A stretch of 63,834 bases of DNA, filler included, from Dicyema japonicum (lineage: Eukaryota; Animalia; Dicyemida): NCBI GenBank assembly GCA_011109175.1. It is 6 parts of 6 records of this genome, joined end to end, with 100 filler letters (N's around TTAATTAATTAA, not from the genome) between each part and the next. Parts side by side here need not be neighbours in the genome. Positions count along the whole stretch, not along the records: positions 1 to 29,282 come from RDEW01000079.1; positions 29,383 to 33,538 come from RDEW01000119.1; positions 33,639 to 46,953 come from RDEW01000164.1; 3 more parts are not named here. One strand, 5' to 3'. The position numbers and the translations under genes were made by a program. Below are positions 24,539 through 36,889 of the stretch, one piece after another. Position 1 is the first letter of the stretch. Every line of letters starts with the position of its first letter. The notes under the pieces were generated by a model, which was given only the letters and a program-made list of their open reading frames with translations, did not search any database and had not been told where the DNA came from.

Positions 24539-25708
24539 CGCTAAGCGCAAAAAAACCGGTTTTTTTCGAAATATCAAAAATTTACTATGCAACTATATTG
24601 TTTTATTAAATAATTGAATAATTTATCATTTTTAACACTAGTTTTTATTTTTATATTTGAACTTGTAATCATTTTTACTTAAAATTTATAACTAACAAAA
24701 AATCAAGCGCAATAAAAAACCGTTTTATTTTTTGATTATTTAAAGTTAGTATTCAATATGGTCCCCTTTTTCCTTAAAAGCTTTTGTGTCTATTCGGCAT
24801 GCTTTCGATTAATTTTTTCATAAACTAATCGGTATTTCGTTCCAAATATTTTGGATTTTTTCTTTCAATTCCGAAACATCTTTGGATGGAAGTTGTTTAA
24901 TTCCCTCTTCATATGAGCCATATATGTTCGATCGGATTTAAATCCGGTGATTGAGGTGCCCATGGTAAAAGGTTTACTTTCTTTTCTTGAAAAAATCGCA
25001 TAGTCATCTTGAAGAATGACATGGTGCCATGTCTTGTTGGAAAATAAAGTCACTGAGCTCCATTTTTTTGGCAGATTCCATAAATGGTTACATAGTTGTG
25101 TTGATATAAAGTGCAGAATTCATATTCCCATATATAAAAGCAAGCGAGCCCATTCCGTAATAGGAAAAACAGCCCCAGACCATAACCTTCCCCCCACCAA
25201 TTTTACAGTAGGCGAAAGGTTGCTTTTTGAAGGCCTGTATTGTTTTTCCGATAACAATATTGCCGTTTTTTTTTAAATTAAAAACTTCGAACTACATTCG
25301 TCACTGAAAATTGGTCCTCATCCATTCAGTGATCGGCACAGTAATGAAATGCTTTGCCAAGTTATAACGTTTTTCATTATTTATTTTGATAAAAAATGGT
25401 TTTTTTCTACATACACGAGCATATATTTGCTCTCTTCTTAAATAATTTGCGATGGATCTTTTTCCGACTGTTTTGCCGGTTATTTACGTAGATCATTCCT
25501 TAAGCAATCAGCTGTTTTTGGGGGTTCTCTTTAACCAGGCTGAGTAAATAGAGATATCGTCCTTATTCAGAATTTTGGTCGCCCCGAACCTTAACAAAAT
25601 TGATTTAGGGTTAATTTAATGATCCTTTCGATATCGACAAAGAAAAAATCACGGTTATCTTTGCAAAATATGCCGTATTAAAAAAACGGTTTTTTTTTGC
25701 ACCTAGTG
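24539..25708 (-). mobile_element. Tc1-like transposon nested in the hAT
   Basis: TA flanks at 24537-38 and 25709-10; imperfect TIRs C(G/A)CTA(A/G)G(C/T)GCAAAAAAA; GGKVMVWGCFSYYG, FIFQQDMAPCH, PQSPDLNPIEHIW; the host element resumes collinearly on both sides. Confidence 0.92.
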
Positions 25709-26329
25709 TATTTTAATAAAAATTGTTATCTAATAATTAAAAGTTAATGGATTTTTGGCATTGTCATTTTCTTGCGATTATTTGAATTCTGGCAATCCCA
25801 AGATGGTTGGTTATCCGTTAAACAGGTCCTGTATTGAGATTTTATCATTTTCATGCTTGAAAATGATGTCTCGGATAAATATGTGGTTCCAAAGCATCAA
25901 AGAATTCGTTGATACGAATTATCAAAATAAAAATTATTGAAAGCGATCGACTGGTTGGCTACCCCTGCGCAAAGGACTATTAAATTCTTGTTCAACTCAA
26001 AAAGGTGTTCATTATAATGGTTGACTAAGATGAAACCGACGCTATCGACCAAAGCATGAGTCTTACCGTCATAATGAGTATTCAGATAGTCACTAATAAT
26101 CGGAGTGGATCGGTCGTTTATTAAATATCCGATGGGTTTTGACGTCACTTAACCCTAAACAAATTTTGGGAAGTGTACGCAATGGGTTTTGAAATGAGTT
26201 AATTTCGCCAGGAACTCGATCTAAAAAGAAATAACGAACTAGAAAAGGGAAACTGTTATGAAGTGATGACTGAAGACCAACATTCTTACCAAGTTTTTCC
26301 TTAAGAAAAGTTAGTCTGCCTTCACTCAC

Positions 26330-26520
26330 TTTCCACACAACAAATCAAATAAACAAACATTAGGCTAGTCCATTCAAAACACAGACGGAGGCAAATCCAC
26401 ATCTGGCAGATTCTAAGAAGGATCCGGTGGAGGTTAAAAAGACAACATTAAGCCAATCACCAGAATGGGCTGGCAGGCGGTGTTCAAAACTGCTAGAGCA
26501 AGTTGGTCGAACGGGAGCCA
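26330..26520 (-). mobile_element. CRE-type LINE fragment
   Basis: FDQLALAVLNTACQP-HSGDWLNV aligns with LDQHRLACLRSAAVPHSGSWLNAM of the 43-44 kb copy. Confidence 0.6.
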
Positions 26521-27104
26521 TATTTTTTTAGCTTTTATTTTAACAGTTTTTCAGAAATCGAGTTATATAATCAATAATTAAATTTTAACTTATATATTTT
26601 TCTATAAATATTAATTTTTTGAATAAATAAAAATATCGAATTATTGTCATCAGTGTGTCCTGCACGTTGTTTTGTTGTTGTATGTTGCTGTTTTCTAACG
26701 TTATTATTATTATTTTTGATTCAACATTTTTTTAAAGATAATTGTGTATATGCATTTTATTGCAGATTAAATATTTGGTACATGTAGAATATCTTGAAAA
26801 AAGTTATTTTACAAGTTAATTTGTCTCCATTGTATTAATAATTTCAATTGAATGCATCTATTTAGATAATATTTTTCCCATTTCGATTATATACATTTAT
26901 TTTTATTAATATTTTTTAATTAATCCATTTGATTTTCTCGTATGCTTTGCTTTAATCAAAATTTTATTTAAATTCTTTAAAATATTAATTTTTACTCTTT
27001 TTATCATATATAATCCATTTTCTGTACCGAGTTGTTTTATTTTAATTTATAACGTTCATCAAAAGATGAATTTAAAACATATTATCTTTATGATCAATGA
27101 TAAT

Positions 27105-27880
27105 TACTAGGGCAACCAAAAATATGACCTTAAAATGATTCAAATATGACCTTAAAACTATGACTTTTATGACCTTAAAATCAGAAAATATGACCTTATT
27201 CGCAAGAAAATATGACTTTATGACTAGATAAATTTATTAAAATAACACATTAAATATTGTTTAATATTTTCATCCTTGAAGTTTCTGTCTTTCGCTAAAA
27301 GTTTATTTAGCATTGAGAAACTTCTTTCAACAGATAATGTGGTTCCAGGACATTTCCATAAATATAAAAATAATTCAGGAGGAAAATCTTCCAAATTGGC
27401 TTCTTGAATGCTATTCCATGGCATTGAATTTGTTCTTTTTTTTAAATATTGTGCAATCTCACATGGATCTTCCCAAAGTCAATCGAATTAATACATTGGA
27501 TTGCATCTTTAACAGAATAAAAAAGTATTTTCACATTTCTTTATTCCTTCACTTAGACAGTTGTAAGATGCTATGTTTGCTAGGTTCCGCTCCAATGAAT
27601 CAGAATATATCGCCTTCTTTGCATTCAATACAATTTTTCCAGAATTCGGTAAAGAGGAAACTATCTTTCTGATTTTGTTTAAATGTTTTGAATAATATGT
27701 TGCAGCATTAAGCCAGCTGCCCCATCTTGTGACAACAACATCTGGAGGTAGACCAAATTCTGAAAAGAGCTTTTGACGACTTTTATTTTTAAGCGTCACC
27801 ATCTTCACCGATGATATTAAAAAATTATTAATTACCATGAAAACTAAATTATTAATAACCAAAAGTAAGGAACAAAAGGC
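27105..27880 (-). mobile_element. hAT-like transposon 3' half
   Basis: LPPDVVVTRWGSWLNAA..CPGTTLSVERSFSMLNKLL; subterminal AAATATGACCTT repeats (27119-27223) next to a terminal TAGGGCAACC. Confidence 0.8.
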
Positions 27881-27889
27881 AATCAGTTA

Positions 27890-28330
27890 CTAGCCGCAGA
27901 GAGAACTGAGAAACTGTTCCCCCTAAGTACGGTATTGCTTTCTTGATAAAAGTGGACAAGCTGCCGCTGGCTAGAAATCTGACGTGCTTCGGAATTCTAA
28001 TTGGGACATGACCCAGACGGCGGTATTTGGAAAAGAAATGTCAAATCTCATTGGGGCTCCGATTGAAACTCCTCGGAGTGAGTATAGGTAAATAAGGGTT
28101 CATGCAACGAGCACAGACCCAGTTTGGAAGGGCCCTGGCACAGGCCTGACTCATTTTGATGCAGCCAAGGTGGAAGTCGTTAGAGAAAGAGTCACACAAA
28201 GTGGCAAATTTCCTATTGTTCGAGGATTGGTAGGTGACACATTCCATAATTGAACTTTGGGGAACAATTTTGTGGAACATTCTTGTGGGCCCCATAACAT
28301 TATGTTCCCACCACCGTGTTTCACAGTAGG
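27890..28330 (-). mobile_element. CRE-type LINE 5' fragment with PHD-like finger
   Basis: LCDSFSNDFHLGC..WVCARC, then PIRIPKHVRFLASGSL; parallels 40677-41129. Confidence 0.65.
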
Positions 28331-28569
28331 TAGGATGTTATCTGAATTATAACGTTACCTTGGATAATAGCGTAACATATCGATGTCCAAGTTAAATTTT
28401 CACTCATCGAAAAAAATTATTGTGTTGAGTTCCTCATTCGACATACCCAAACATTTGTTTGAAAATGATTTTCTTTTTTAAAAATTTTGCTGATAGTAAG
28501 ATATAATTTGTCCCTTGAAAAAAGAATCCATTAGTATTTTCTAAAATAATTAAAAGAATTGACTCTTTT

Positions 28570-29160
28570 AACTATTTATTGAGATTCAATTGTTACAAGA
28601 ATAAAAATGAAGAATAAAAATGAAGATTCGTAGAGGCTACGCAGATTAGGGCGCCTCCCCGCTTCACGGATTGCGAAGCAGTTGCCACGAATTACGGCAA
28701 TGGAGAGGCGTTGAAGAAGCCAAAAGGACTCTCTCGGGTCGTCCCTCCTTTTGGCGATTCTTCTCCCCAAACCGCGTAGGAAACAAAGCGACTTGCGGCC
28801 AAAGACCCAGAGGTCTCAACGCGATGGGCGTAAAAACAAAATTGGAAAGGTGACCGTATTTAAGGATTTTAAGATCTTCGGCGCGATTGGAAGCAAAGCC
28901 TGGGTCGACGGCCGACCTGGCTAAGTTCCCGTTAGAGAATGTGTCACAGCAGGTAGAATCCCATATGAGGGATTTTCCTTCTCAAAGGGAATGTAGTTAA
29001 GCCGTCAGGGCGTTTGCCGTCACCTCTGTCCAAACCGACAGGTTCGAGGACGGACGGCACCCCGGCGGCTTTGAGGGAACACTTCACGATTTCGTTCAGT
29101 TCGCTGTGGCGAGGCGCACGGCCGGCACTGCGGGGCAGGAGAGGGGATGTAATCCGAACT
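28570..29160 (-). mobile_element. CRE-type LINE 3' end (restriction-like endonuclease)
   Basis: [54 protein letters not shown]. Confidence 0.9.
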
Positions 29161-29282
29161 CGTCCACACTCTTTTTTAACTATAATAGCAAAATGTCCGG
29201 ATTTTTTACGCCTGTAAAACACGGTTTTATGCTTTTAATTATTGTTTTTAAAAAACTTTTGCAAATATATGCTTTAAAAATA

Positions 29283-29382
29283 NNNNNNNNNNNNNNNNNN
29301 NNNNNNNNNNNNNNNNNNNNNNNNNNTTAATTAATTAANNNNNNNNNNNNNNNNNNNNNNNNNNNNNNNNNNNNNNNNNNNN
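29283..29382. other. Scaffold gap with artificial TTAATTAATTAA linker (also at about 33539-33638, 46954-47053, 54199-54298 and 62693-62792)
   Basis: Identical N-linker-N blocks of about 100 bp; the linker gives stops in all six frames. Confidence 0.97.
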
Positions 29383-30183
29383 TACTAGTTACCCGTCGAA
29401 CACATATAGTAAAACGGTTCTGTAGGGCGTATCCCATTAATATAAAACATCTCTTTGATTTCCTCTTTAGTCTTCATTTTATTTGTTTCTGGATTGATAA
29501 ATTCATTGAAAGGTATATTAATTGATCCTTTAATATGACCAGGTTTTATTCCTAAATAAGTTGAAAATCTAAATATATGAAACCAATCACAGATTCTTCG
29601 TCTAATCCAATAAATCGTCCTTTTGGGCGAGCGTCTACCATTTTAAGTTCTGAATTTTCAAATTGTTCCAAAATATGCTCAAATGTCAAAAAATGTGAAC
29701 GTTGATTAACTTCAAATATCCCTTGATTATTTGTTTCCGTTGGTAAACAATCCGTAACAGGGAACCCACCCCTAATCCAAGCTGGAAGCCCACCATCGAG
29801 GATAGAAATATTATCGTGACCAAAGAATTGAAACATGAACCAAACTCGAGGGGCTGAGTATATTCCGTAGTTGCTATTATCATAGCATATTATATGAGTT
29901 GAGTTGGATATTCCTAATTTCTCAACATAATCCGAAAATTCATTAGCAGATGGTATCATATGTGCATATTCAGAAAATTTATCAGCACATTGGTCAATAT
30001 CAAAAAATAAAGCATTTTCAATTCGTTTAATAAGATATTCCTTGTATATAAATATAAATATACCTCAAATGGGTTCCGATTTGCAGTTCGTGGATGATAT
30101 GAACAGTCCAGAATTATGCTGTCTGAATATTTATTAAGATTTTGGTGTAAATATTCTGCTGAAAGTAAAATTGGATTCATCAC
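29383..30183 (-). CDS. MPST: 3-mercaptopyruvate/thiosulfate sulfurtransferase (tandem rhodanese), 3' end lost in gap
   Basis: ALFFDIDQCAD..HMIPSANEFSDYVEKLGI..SAPRVWFMF..LDGGLPAW..MVDARPKGRFIG..GHIKGSINIPF..MCSTG; two short introns. MPST versus TST cannot be decided from this. Confidence 0.88.
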
Positions 30184-30699
30184 GAGCTTTTATTTTTTAT
30201 TTGAATTTATTTATTAACAATTTAAAATATTTAAATACACATGATTTATTAACATAAGAGTTGGCAGAAAACTCATCTCGACCTTTATTAATGACCTCAG
30301 CAGGAAAATATCTTCCTGGAAAAATAAACCAGGCAAATTATTGTGTCTCTGGTAAAGTTTTTCCATTGCTGTCATCCACGATAGAGCCATGACATCTTCA
30401 ATGCAGAAATCCATCACCTGAGGTGGGGCATGGTCACGCACATTCCAGCTCGTCTGATTGTCACATTTTAATAAATAAATTGTAAATATTTAAAATATCT
30501 TACTCTAAAGACACGGACATAGATTTTAAACGCCACCAAACATTTTAGCCACAAACCGTATGATTTCCAGATGGTCTCAAGAATTGCAATTTTAATGCCT
30601 GAAATGGTCGAAAAATATTTCGGCCTTTTAAACAGTTAAATTTTTTCACGAATTTTTTTACTAATTTTGATAGCGCTTCCTTATTTATTTTAGCTCAAA

Positions 30700-32950
30700 A
30701 GTTGAAATTGTTATTTTCCGTCGTTTAAAAAATGTTTATTGTCAATTTTTTAGAATGTAAGAAGCTCAAGTAATTATGAAAAGAGAATTCAAGCAAATCG
30801 TGTGAATTTTTATAATTCTATGAATATTATGTCAATTCAAAATACATTTTCCGATGACGCCTTTAATTCTTTAATAATCATAGATATTGTATCTTTACAC
30901 AGTTTTTCAAAATGTTTAAACTACTTTTAATATTTTAAATATACTTGTTCGTTATTCGAGCTATGTTTAATAGCGGCAATTAAATCAATAGACATTCTTA
31001 GTAGTATTGTTTCTTGTTCTTCAAAGGAATTTTTAAGACGCTGTTTTGTATCCTTAAAATCTAACTTCGAATTATTAAACCATTAAAATCTGAGCCAGAT
31101 CATTCTCAGCTGTTATTATTGGAAAAGTAATGAAATATCTTGTTTCAAAAAGGTCCCTTTCCGAGTAATTTGGTTTATTGTTTTTTGCATCTATAAACTC
31201 GAGGTAGCATAAATACTAAGATTATAATAGAGTCCTATACAATAAAATTAGCATAATAAAAAGTAGATATTGCTCTATTTTTGATAGAAATATCAGCATA
31301 ACTTCGAAAAATATTTTTTGGTTGGTCTATATATAAGTATTGAAAATTCATACTCTTATAAGCGTAATAAAAGTATAACTGGTAGTCTAGGCAGGACATT
31401 TTATAATACACTGGGTTAGCAAGAACCCTAAATGGAATATATACGATATAAAGCAACCAAAAAAGGTGTTGATATTGAATCGCATCTGAGAATAAATTTA
31501 ATTTTTCCCCAGTCCGAAGTAAGTGTAACGATAGTTTTGTGTGAAGTATCTCTTGCTGAATAACTGCAGGATAAATTAGCTCAGACCCGATTTCTATTTC
31601 GTTAATGAATGTCGAATATAAATGAGTAAATTTTACTGCCGTCTATTTAATAAGTAACTTTTTAAAATATAAAAACCCTTCTTAATTTAATTCTAACTTC
31701 AATAATAAGCTCTCTCAGTTCGTGAAAACAGTCAACCGGAGTTTTAAAAACACTTTTGACTGATCTTTCCATGTAATTGGATAATTTGTGATTAAAAGTT
31801 TTCAAAACAATATGAATAGTGTTATTCAGAATAACACTATATATTTTGTACTGAATAAATACTTATTGTTCAAAATTCCAGGAACAGACGTGCAATTTGA
31901 ATAAAAAAGCATATTGTGTAAATGTTCGCAACCATTTTTAATTGGAAACAAATGGAGATTTCTAATTTTTACTCAGAAAAAATACCGAAAAGTCATATAA
32001 GCCATTATTATGAAGGAAGTGTAATTTTTAATGAGAGATTGTTCAGCAAAATTCTTAATTCATAATCGTGACAAGATTACCATCAACCCGTCAAAATCAC
32101 TAATATCCATCGTCACTTCGGGGCAGATTAATGAATAAACAAATTTTTGAAAGCTGGTGTAACCTCTTTTTCGTGATTCATGTGTATATAAATAAGGTCT
32201 TTCAGTGCAATTTCTAATTTTGACTTTGAATCCAAATTCTTTCATCAAAATCCCTGATATTCCATTTTCAATTGATTCTAAAACGATTTGGATTTTTCTA
32301 ATAATCCCATCAAATTGGTCATAATCACCAATGTAGTATGAAAACTGTAAATATTATTATTAAATAACATCTATCTGAAGTTCAATAAGTACATTCAAAA
32401 TCAAATAAACAAGCATCAATCTATTGCTTATTAACATCTTAAAAGTTATATTTAAAATATTACCTTATCTACGCAATCTTTAATTCTTAACCCTAACTCT
32501 GAAAGGATCTCATTTGGATTTTTGTCAAGTCTAAAGTTTGCATATTTGAATATTTTTTCAAATTTATTCTAAAGGAATTATACATTTGAGCATACTTTAG
32601 GATATGCTTTGCTCTCTAGAACTATGAGAAACAGAAAATGTGCTATTTTTATAATTCCAAGACAATAGAGTTGTAAAGCCGAATCCTGAATTCTTTCTAT
32701 TTCTTGAATATAAACAATTGAATATAATGTGTCGAAAAAATCATGCCCATTCATCCAATTCGCCTTATTTGTAGTATAATATATATACCAATTGGCAAAA
32801 TATTTCATCCATAATACCAACATAGTCTTCTAACTTAACCTTACTGACTAACATTCAAAATAGTGATTTGAAATTTGAAATTTCTTGCATTTTATATTAC
32901 TGATTACATAATATTATTTGATAATTATTTTTACACTTAATACTGTATTA
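30700..32950 (-). CDS. NAA35: N-alpha-acetyltransferase 35, NatC auxiliary subunit (Mak10)
   Basis: VGIMDEIFCQL|ANWMNGHDFFDTLYSIVYIQEIERIQDSALQLYCLGIIK matches the Mak10 motif (IGIMD..F..L..WL.GH...T.F...Y......I.D.....F.LG..K); IIQLHG downstream. Both ends uncertain. Confidence 0.75.
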
Positions 32951-33359
32951 TTTTTAAATTCATTTTTATAGTCCCACATACAAATCAAGCTGATCCGCTT
33001 CTTTGTACATGGATAAAAAAGCACCAACCGTTGAAAAAGTTATTTAAAATTCTGAAATTCCTTACCTAAACTGGAAGCATTTTACTCGAGAAATTTTTTG
33101 ATTAAGAAGTTAATTATTTTCTTATTTTTTCAGATTTAATTGGCGTTTTCGAATCTCTATACTGATGCTATACATTTTTAATTTTAGACAATTTCCCATA
33201 TATCAATATTTTACGGTATGACGTTATTGGTTTTTTAAACCTTTTGTTATCTTAATTTTTGATGAAAAGATCTATTGAAAATTTATTAATTTGGGTAAGA
33301 GTGCAGTACCGAATGGATTTAAAAATATAATTCTTAAAAACAAAATAAACAAACAATTA

Positions 33360-33538
33360 CATCTTGGTTACGGACACCTCAAACAGAAGTTCCCAGTCTT
33401 GGAAACGACTTAAGTTATACATTGCCATACTAAAGAAGTGGACAGTAGAGAAGGGCTTGACCCTAGCACCTGAGAAGAGCACCATTTCATGGATGCGGAG
33501 AGGGAGTCGTTGTGCGGCGTCGTGCGCTTATGCTATGA
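33360..33538 (+). mobile_element. LINE RT fragment
   Basis: LKKWTVEKGLTLAPEKST, typical of the region after RT domain 5; ends at the gap. Confidence 0.55.
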
Positions 33539-34968
33539 NNNNNNNNNNNNNNNNNNNNNNNNNNNNNNNNNNNNNNNNNNNNTTAATTAATTAANNNNNN
33601 NNNNNNNNNNNNNNNNNNNNNNNNNNNNNNNNNNNNNNAATTATTTTTGCATTTTAAGCATTGACCTCGCAGCCCTGGCGTCTCGCAGCCCTGGACTGTG
33701 ACATTATTTATTATAATAAACTGAATTTCATTAATTCTAGCGGTTTTTGATACATTAAATTGAAAACTCGCAATCAGAAAGTATTGATTATATTCTGAAA
33801 TTCGCAATTTTTCAAATTCGGCAAAAAACAACGCAACAAAGAAGGCAAATTTGGGAGTATTCACTGTATTTCATTCATTAATCATTAAAATATTTCTTAG
33901 GGTAAAGCTAGTTAGTGGTTCAATAATGTTATCTATAGATTTTTTAGAATAAAAACTTCTCTCTATTTGAGTAAGTCTTTTTATTAATATGTCACTTTAA
34001 GAGTGAGGTACCTATCATGAAAGTGTTAAAACGCATTTACAAAGCAATTCAATTAATAATGTTAATCGTTATTAATCTTCTTTGTTCGCGAAATCTGAAC
34101 ACGTTCCTTTTCTCCATTTTCGTAGCGAATCTAATTTTAAGCATTCAGTGTTGCTTTGACGCAATTATTGATAGTAATAATACTACTGTAGCCATATTGG
34201 CATAGCTACTTTCAAAATTGTTTCAATCTTAGCGGAGGATTTGTGCCGTAATCTTTTTTAACTTTAATCTTTCAAGTAAATCATTAGAATTAACTTTAAT
34301 GGAATATTTCCTATTTTAATGGAATATTTACTCTTATGAACTCCCATCTTTCTGTTCATTCTTTGATAGTACTGCGAGTTCTTGTCTAATAAAGTAAACT
34401 TATGTTCAAATCTGGCAGCTCCATCATCAAGTAACTATTTTAATTTAGAGAAACAAAATCTACTACTATAAACATCGATAATGGTCAAAAATCTATTTGT
34501 AGTGGAGGTTTATATTTTCTAGCTTTCTCAAATCAATCAAATCAGTTTGATATCTCTCATTCGCATAGAGGAAAATACGTGATGTTCATCTTCATCTTGT
34601 ACATAACTCCCATACATTGTCGGTAAAGCTCTTTATAATAATTCCAGCCAATTAGAATAATAGATTATCGTTTGTTATGTGACATGTAACTGCATAAAAT
34701 CACCTATAAAAATGTTAAACACTTGTTGAAATAGCTTACTCGTTTGTGAAAGGAGACAGTTTTTATTTTATTCTTAATATGAAGGAATGAGAAAACTTCT
34801 CTCAATATAGTTATACACGTCAGCATTGGGAATGCACTCAGTCGTATACTAGCCTCTCAGATCACATTGGCTCTCACTTATTTTCACTTAAAAAAAGTTA
34901 TTTCTAAATATATAAAGTTTTATCACCGTTTATTCAGAAAAAAATTTTACTCTATATATATAGAAATG

Positions 34969-35310
34969 GGGGGCACAGTGGCTAGGGCTTGGGCCATTGT
35001 GACTAAGGTCGCGAGTTCGAGTCTGGCCCTGTTCATCTGGCGAAGGTTCCACGTATCTATGATGCCTAATGGCTTGACGAGTGACGCCGTCATCAGTGAA
35101 TACTCACTGCGAACCGGAGCGTCTATCTTGGACTCACACACAAGGAAAAAAGTGAAGATCTTTGGCTCTACCTACGACTTGCCCTACCTACGATTGGCCC
35201 TACCTACGATTAATTAAAAAATTAACTTTTTCACTTAAAATAAAGTGTGTGTGTCCTGCCTGTGCGGAGTTATAGAATACTATAGCTCTGCGGGAAAGGA
35301 TATAATAATA
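34969..35310 (+). mobile_element. Full-length tRNA-derived SINE
   Basis: A box GGCACAGTGG, B box GAGTTCGAGTC, shared central domain, 12-bp 3' hairpin, TAA tail; 11-bp TSD ATATAGAAATG (34958-34968 and 35311-35321). Confidence 0.88.
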
Positions 35311-36889
35311 ATATAGAAATGTAAGACTTGGAAAAATGAAATGCGAGCAAAAAATTGTGAGATCAAAATTTTCATAGCTAATCAGTTAATTATCGCCAAA
35401 TGAAAGATAGGTATCGACAATTATGATCTCAAAACTATTCAGCTTATTGTTAATATTAGAAAGCATAAATTTTTCGCAATAGTTAAATGGCAAAGTGCAC
35501 TTGAAACAGATTATATTCATTCAACAAGTACAAAAATTACTCTTACAATAAATAAAACCGAGCTGAAATACTATTTATCTCATCCGATTTTAACGAAATC
35601 CCTTAATATATTTTTTTCGATATATTTTGATTTAATTTCTAAATGTTATATCTTAGTATAAATTTGTTCACATTATTTTACCAAGAATTTCGAGAAAATA
35701 AAAAAATTGGATTGTGTTTAAGGTACGATATCGTTGATTACCAGACAATTTAAAATTCTTTTAGTCGATTCACTTGTAAGTTTCTACATAATTTCTCAAA
35801 ATATTTTCCAGAGATTTTTATTTAGTTCCGAGTTTACCCCCAAATAAACTGAATTGATATATTCCGAAAGTAGGCCTAAAGAATACTGTTTTGAATTTTT
35901 GATAAGTATGATAAATTTTTATTAATGCTCATATTATTAATTAGAAGTCTGTAGCTAGAGCATCATGTTTGAACATAGCGATCGAAACTTCCCAATGCAA
36001 CGGCGGTGTTTTTACTGTCTCTGGTAAACTTCCTCTTTCGGTTCCGATTTGTTTACTTAAATCTATCATCGAAAATCACTGAGCATCGGATAAATTATTT
36101 TGTAAAGCAACATTTTTAATTATATAATTTTATAATTATTTCATATAAAAATACTGAAAACATTAATTTATGACTGCAACGTTTATTTTCATTGCTCGTT
36201 CGTTGTTCTCTATTTTTAACTTATTTAATGAAATATGGATCTGGTTATTATTTATTTCCTCTGATGAATTGAGACTTTTATTGATAATTATTAAGATAGG
36301 TGATAATAATTGTTCATCTGAGAAATCCTTTGCTTTCTTTACTCATAACATTTTAGTTCTATAACAAGTTTTCTGACTAACTGATGGTTTTATTTAGATT
36401 TAAAGTATTATTTACACAATTTCTATGCTTAATCTTTCGTTGGTTTATTTACGCACTAAGAATACATATATTTTTAATTATATTTGTTTGATTTTTCTAA
36501 AAATATTAATAGAATATGAACGTTGAACTTATAGAAGTTTGTGGTTTATCTCAAACTGACGAATGTAAACAGCAGCCTAATAATGAATTTTTACAAAATA
36601 ATGATCACAATATTCAACAAATACTTAATTTCTCGGTCAATTAATTTTAACCAATAAATAGGATTCGATGAAAGATTCTATTTCAAGCTATATTGAACAA
36701 GATTCGGCATACGGAAATGAAATCCTATCCGCTATTCCTCGAATTAAATAAACAATGTCAAATTATTGTGATTGTTAATTACTAAATTCATTTTTACTAG
36801 TAGCCATCATTAATTTTCCATATCAAAAATATTTTTACTATTTAAGACTCGTGATATTCCCATAGCAGAATTTCAGTTAAAGTCGATAA

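Larger units (their letters stand above)
22240..25967 (-). mobile_element. Composite hAT (GTF2IRD2/Charlie-like) element
   Basis: Outer TIRs CAGGGGTTGCCAACC and GGTTGGCTACCCCTG; TSD CGCTAAGG/CGCAAAGG; transposase C-terminus at 22322-23054 (HFPNI..FGSTYL..FSSMKMIKSQYRICLTDDHL); a second internal TIR copy at 24467. Confidence 0.88.
21903..26330 (-). pseudogene. Intronless orphan ORF interrupted by the hAT at 22240-25967
   Basis: Removing the element and one TSD copy joins ..ELNKNLIVLCA to NKHIHCRSIGSQG.. in frame. Confidence 0.65.

Noticed and set aside
34969-35040. tRNA genes at 34969 and 53507
   Set aside because: They are the heads of SINEs with body, tail and TSDs; acceptor and anticodon stems are poor.
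35060-35100. Hammerhead ribozyme in the SINE (CTGATGA on the minus strand; also at 53630 and 2129)
   Set aside because: No GAAA after stem II and no stem III/NUH site could be built.
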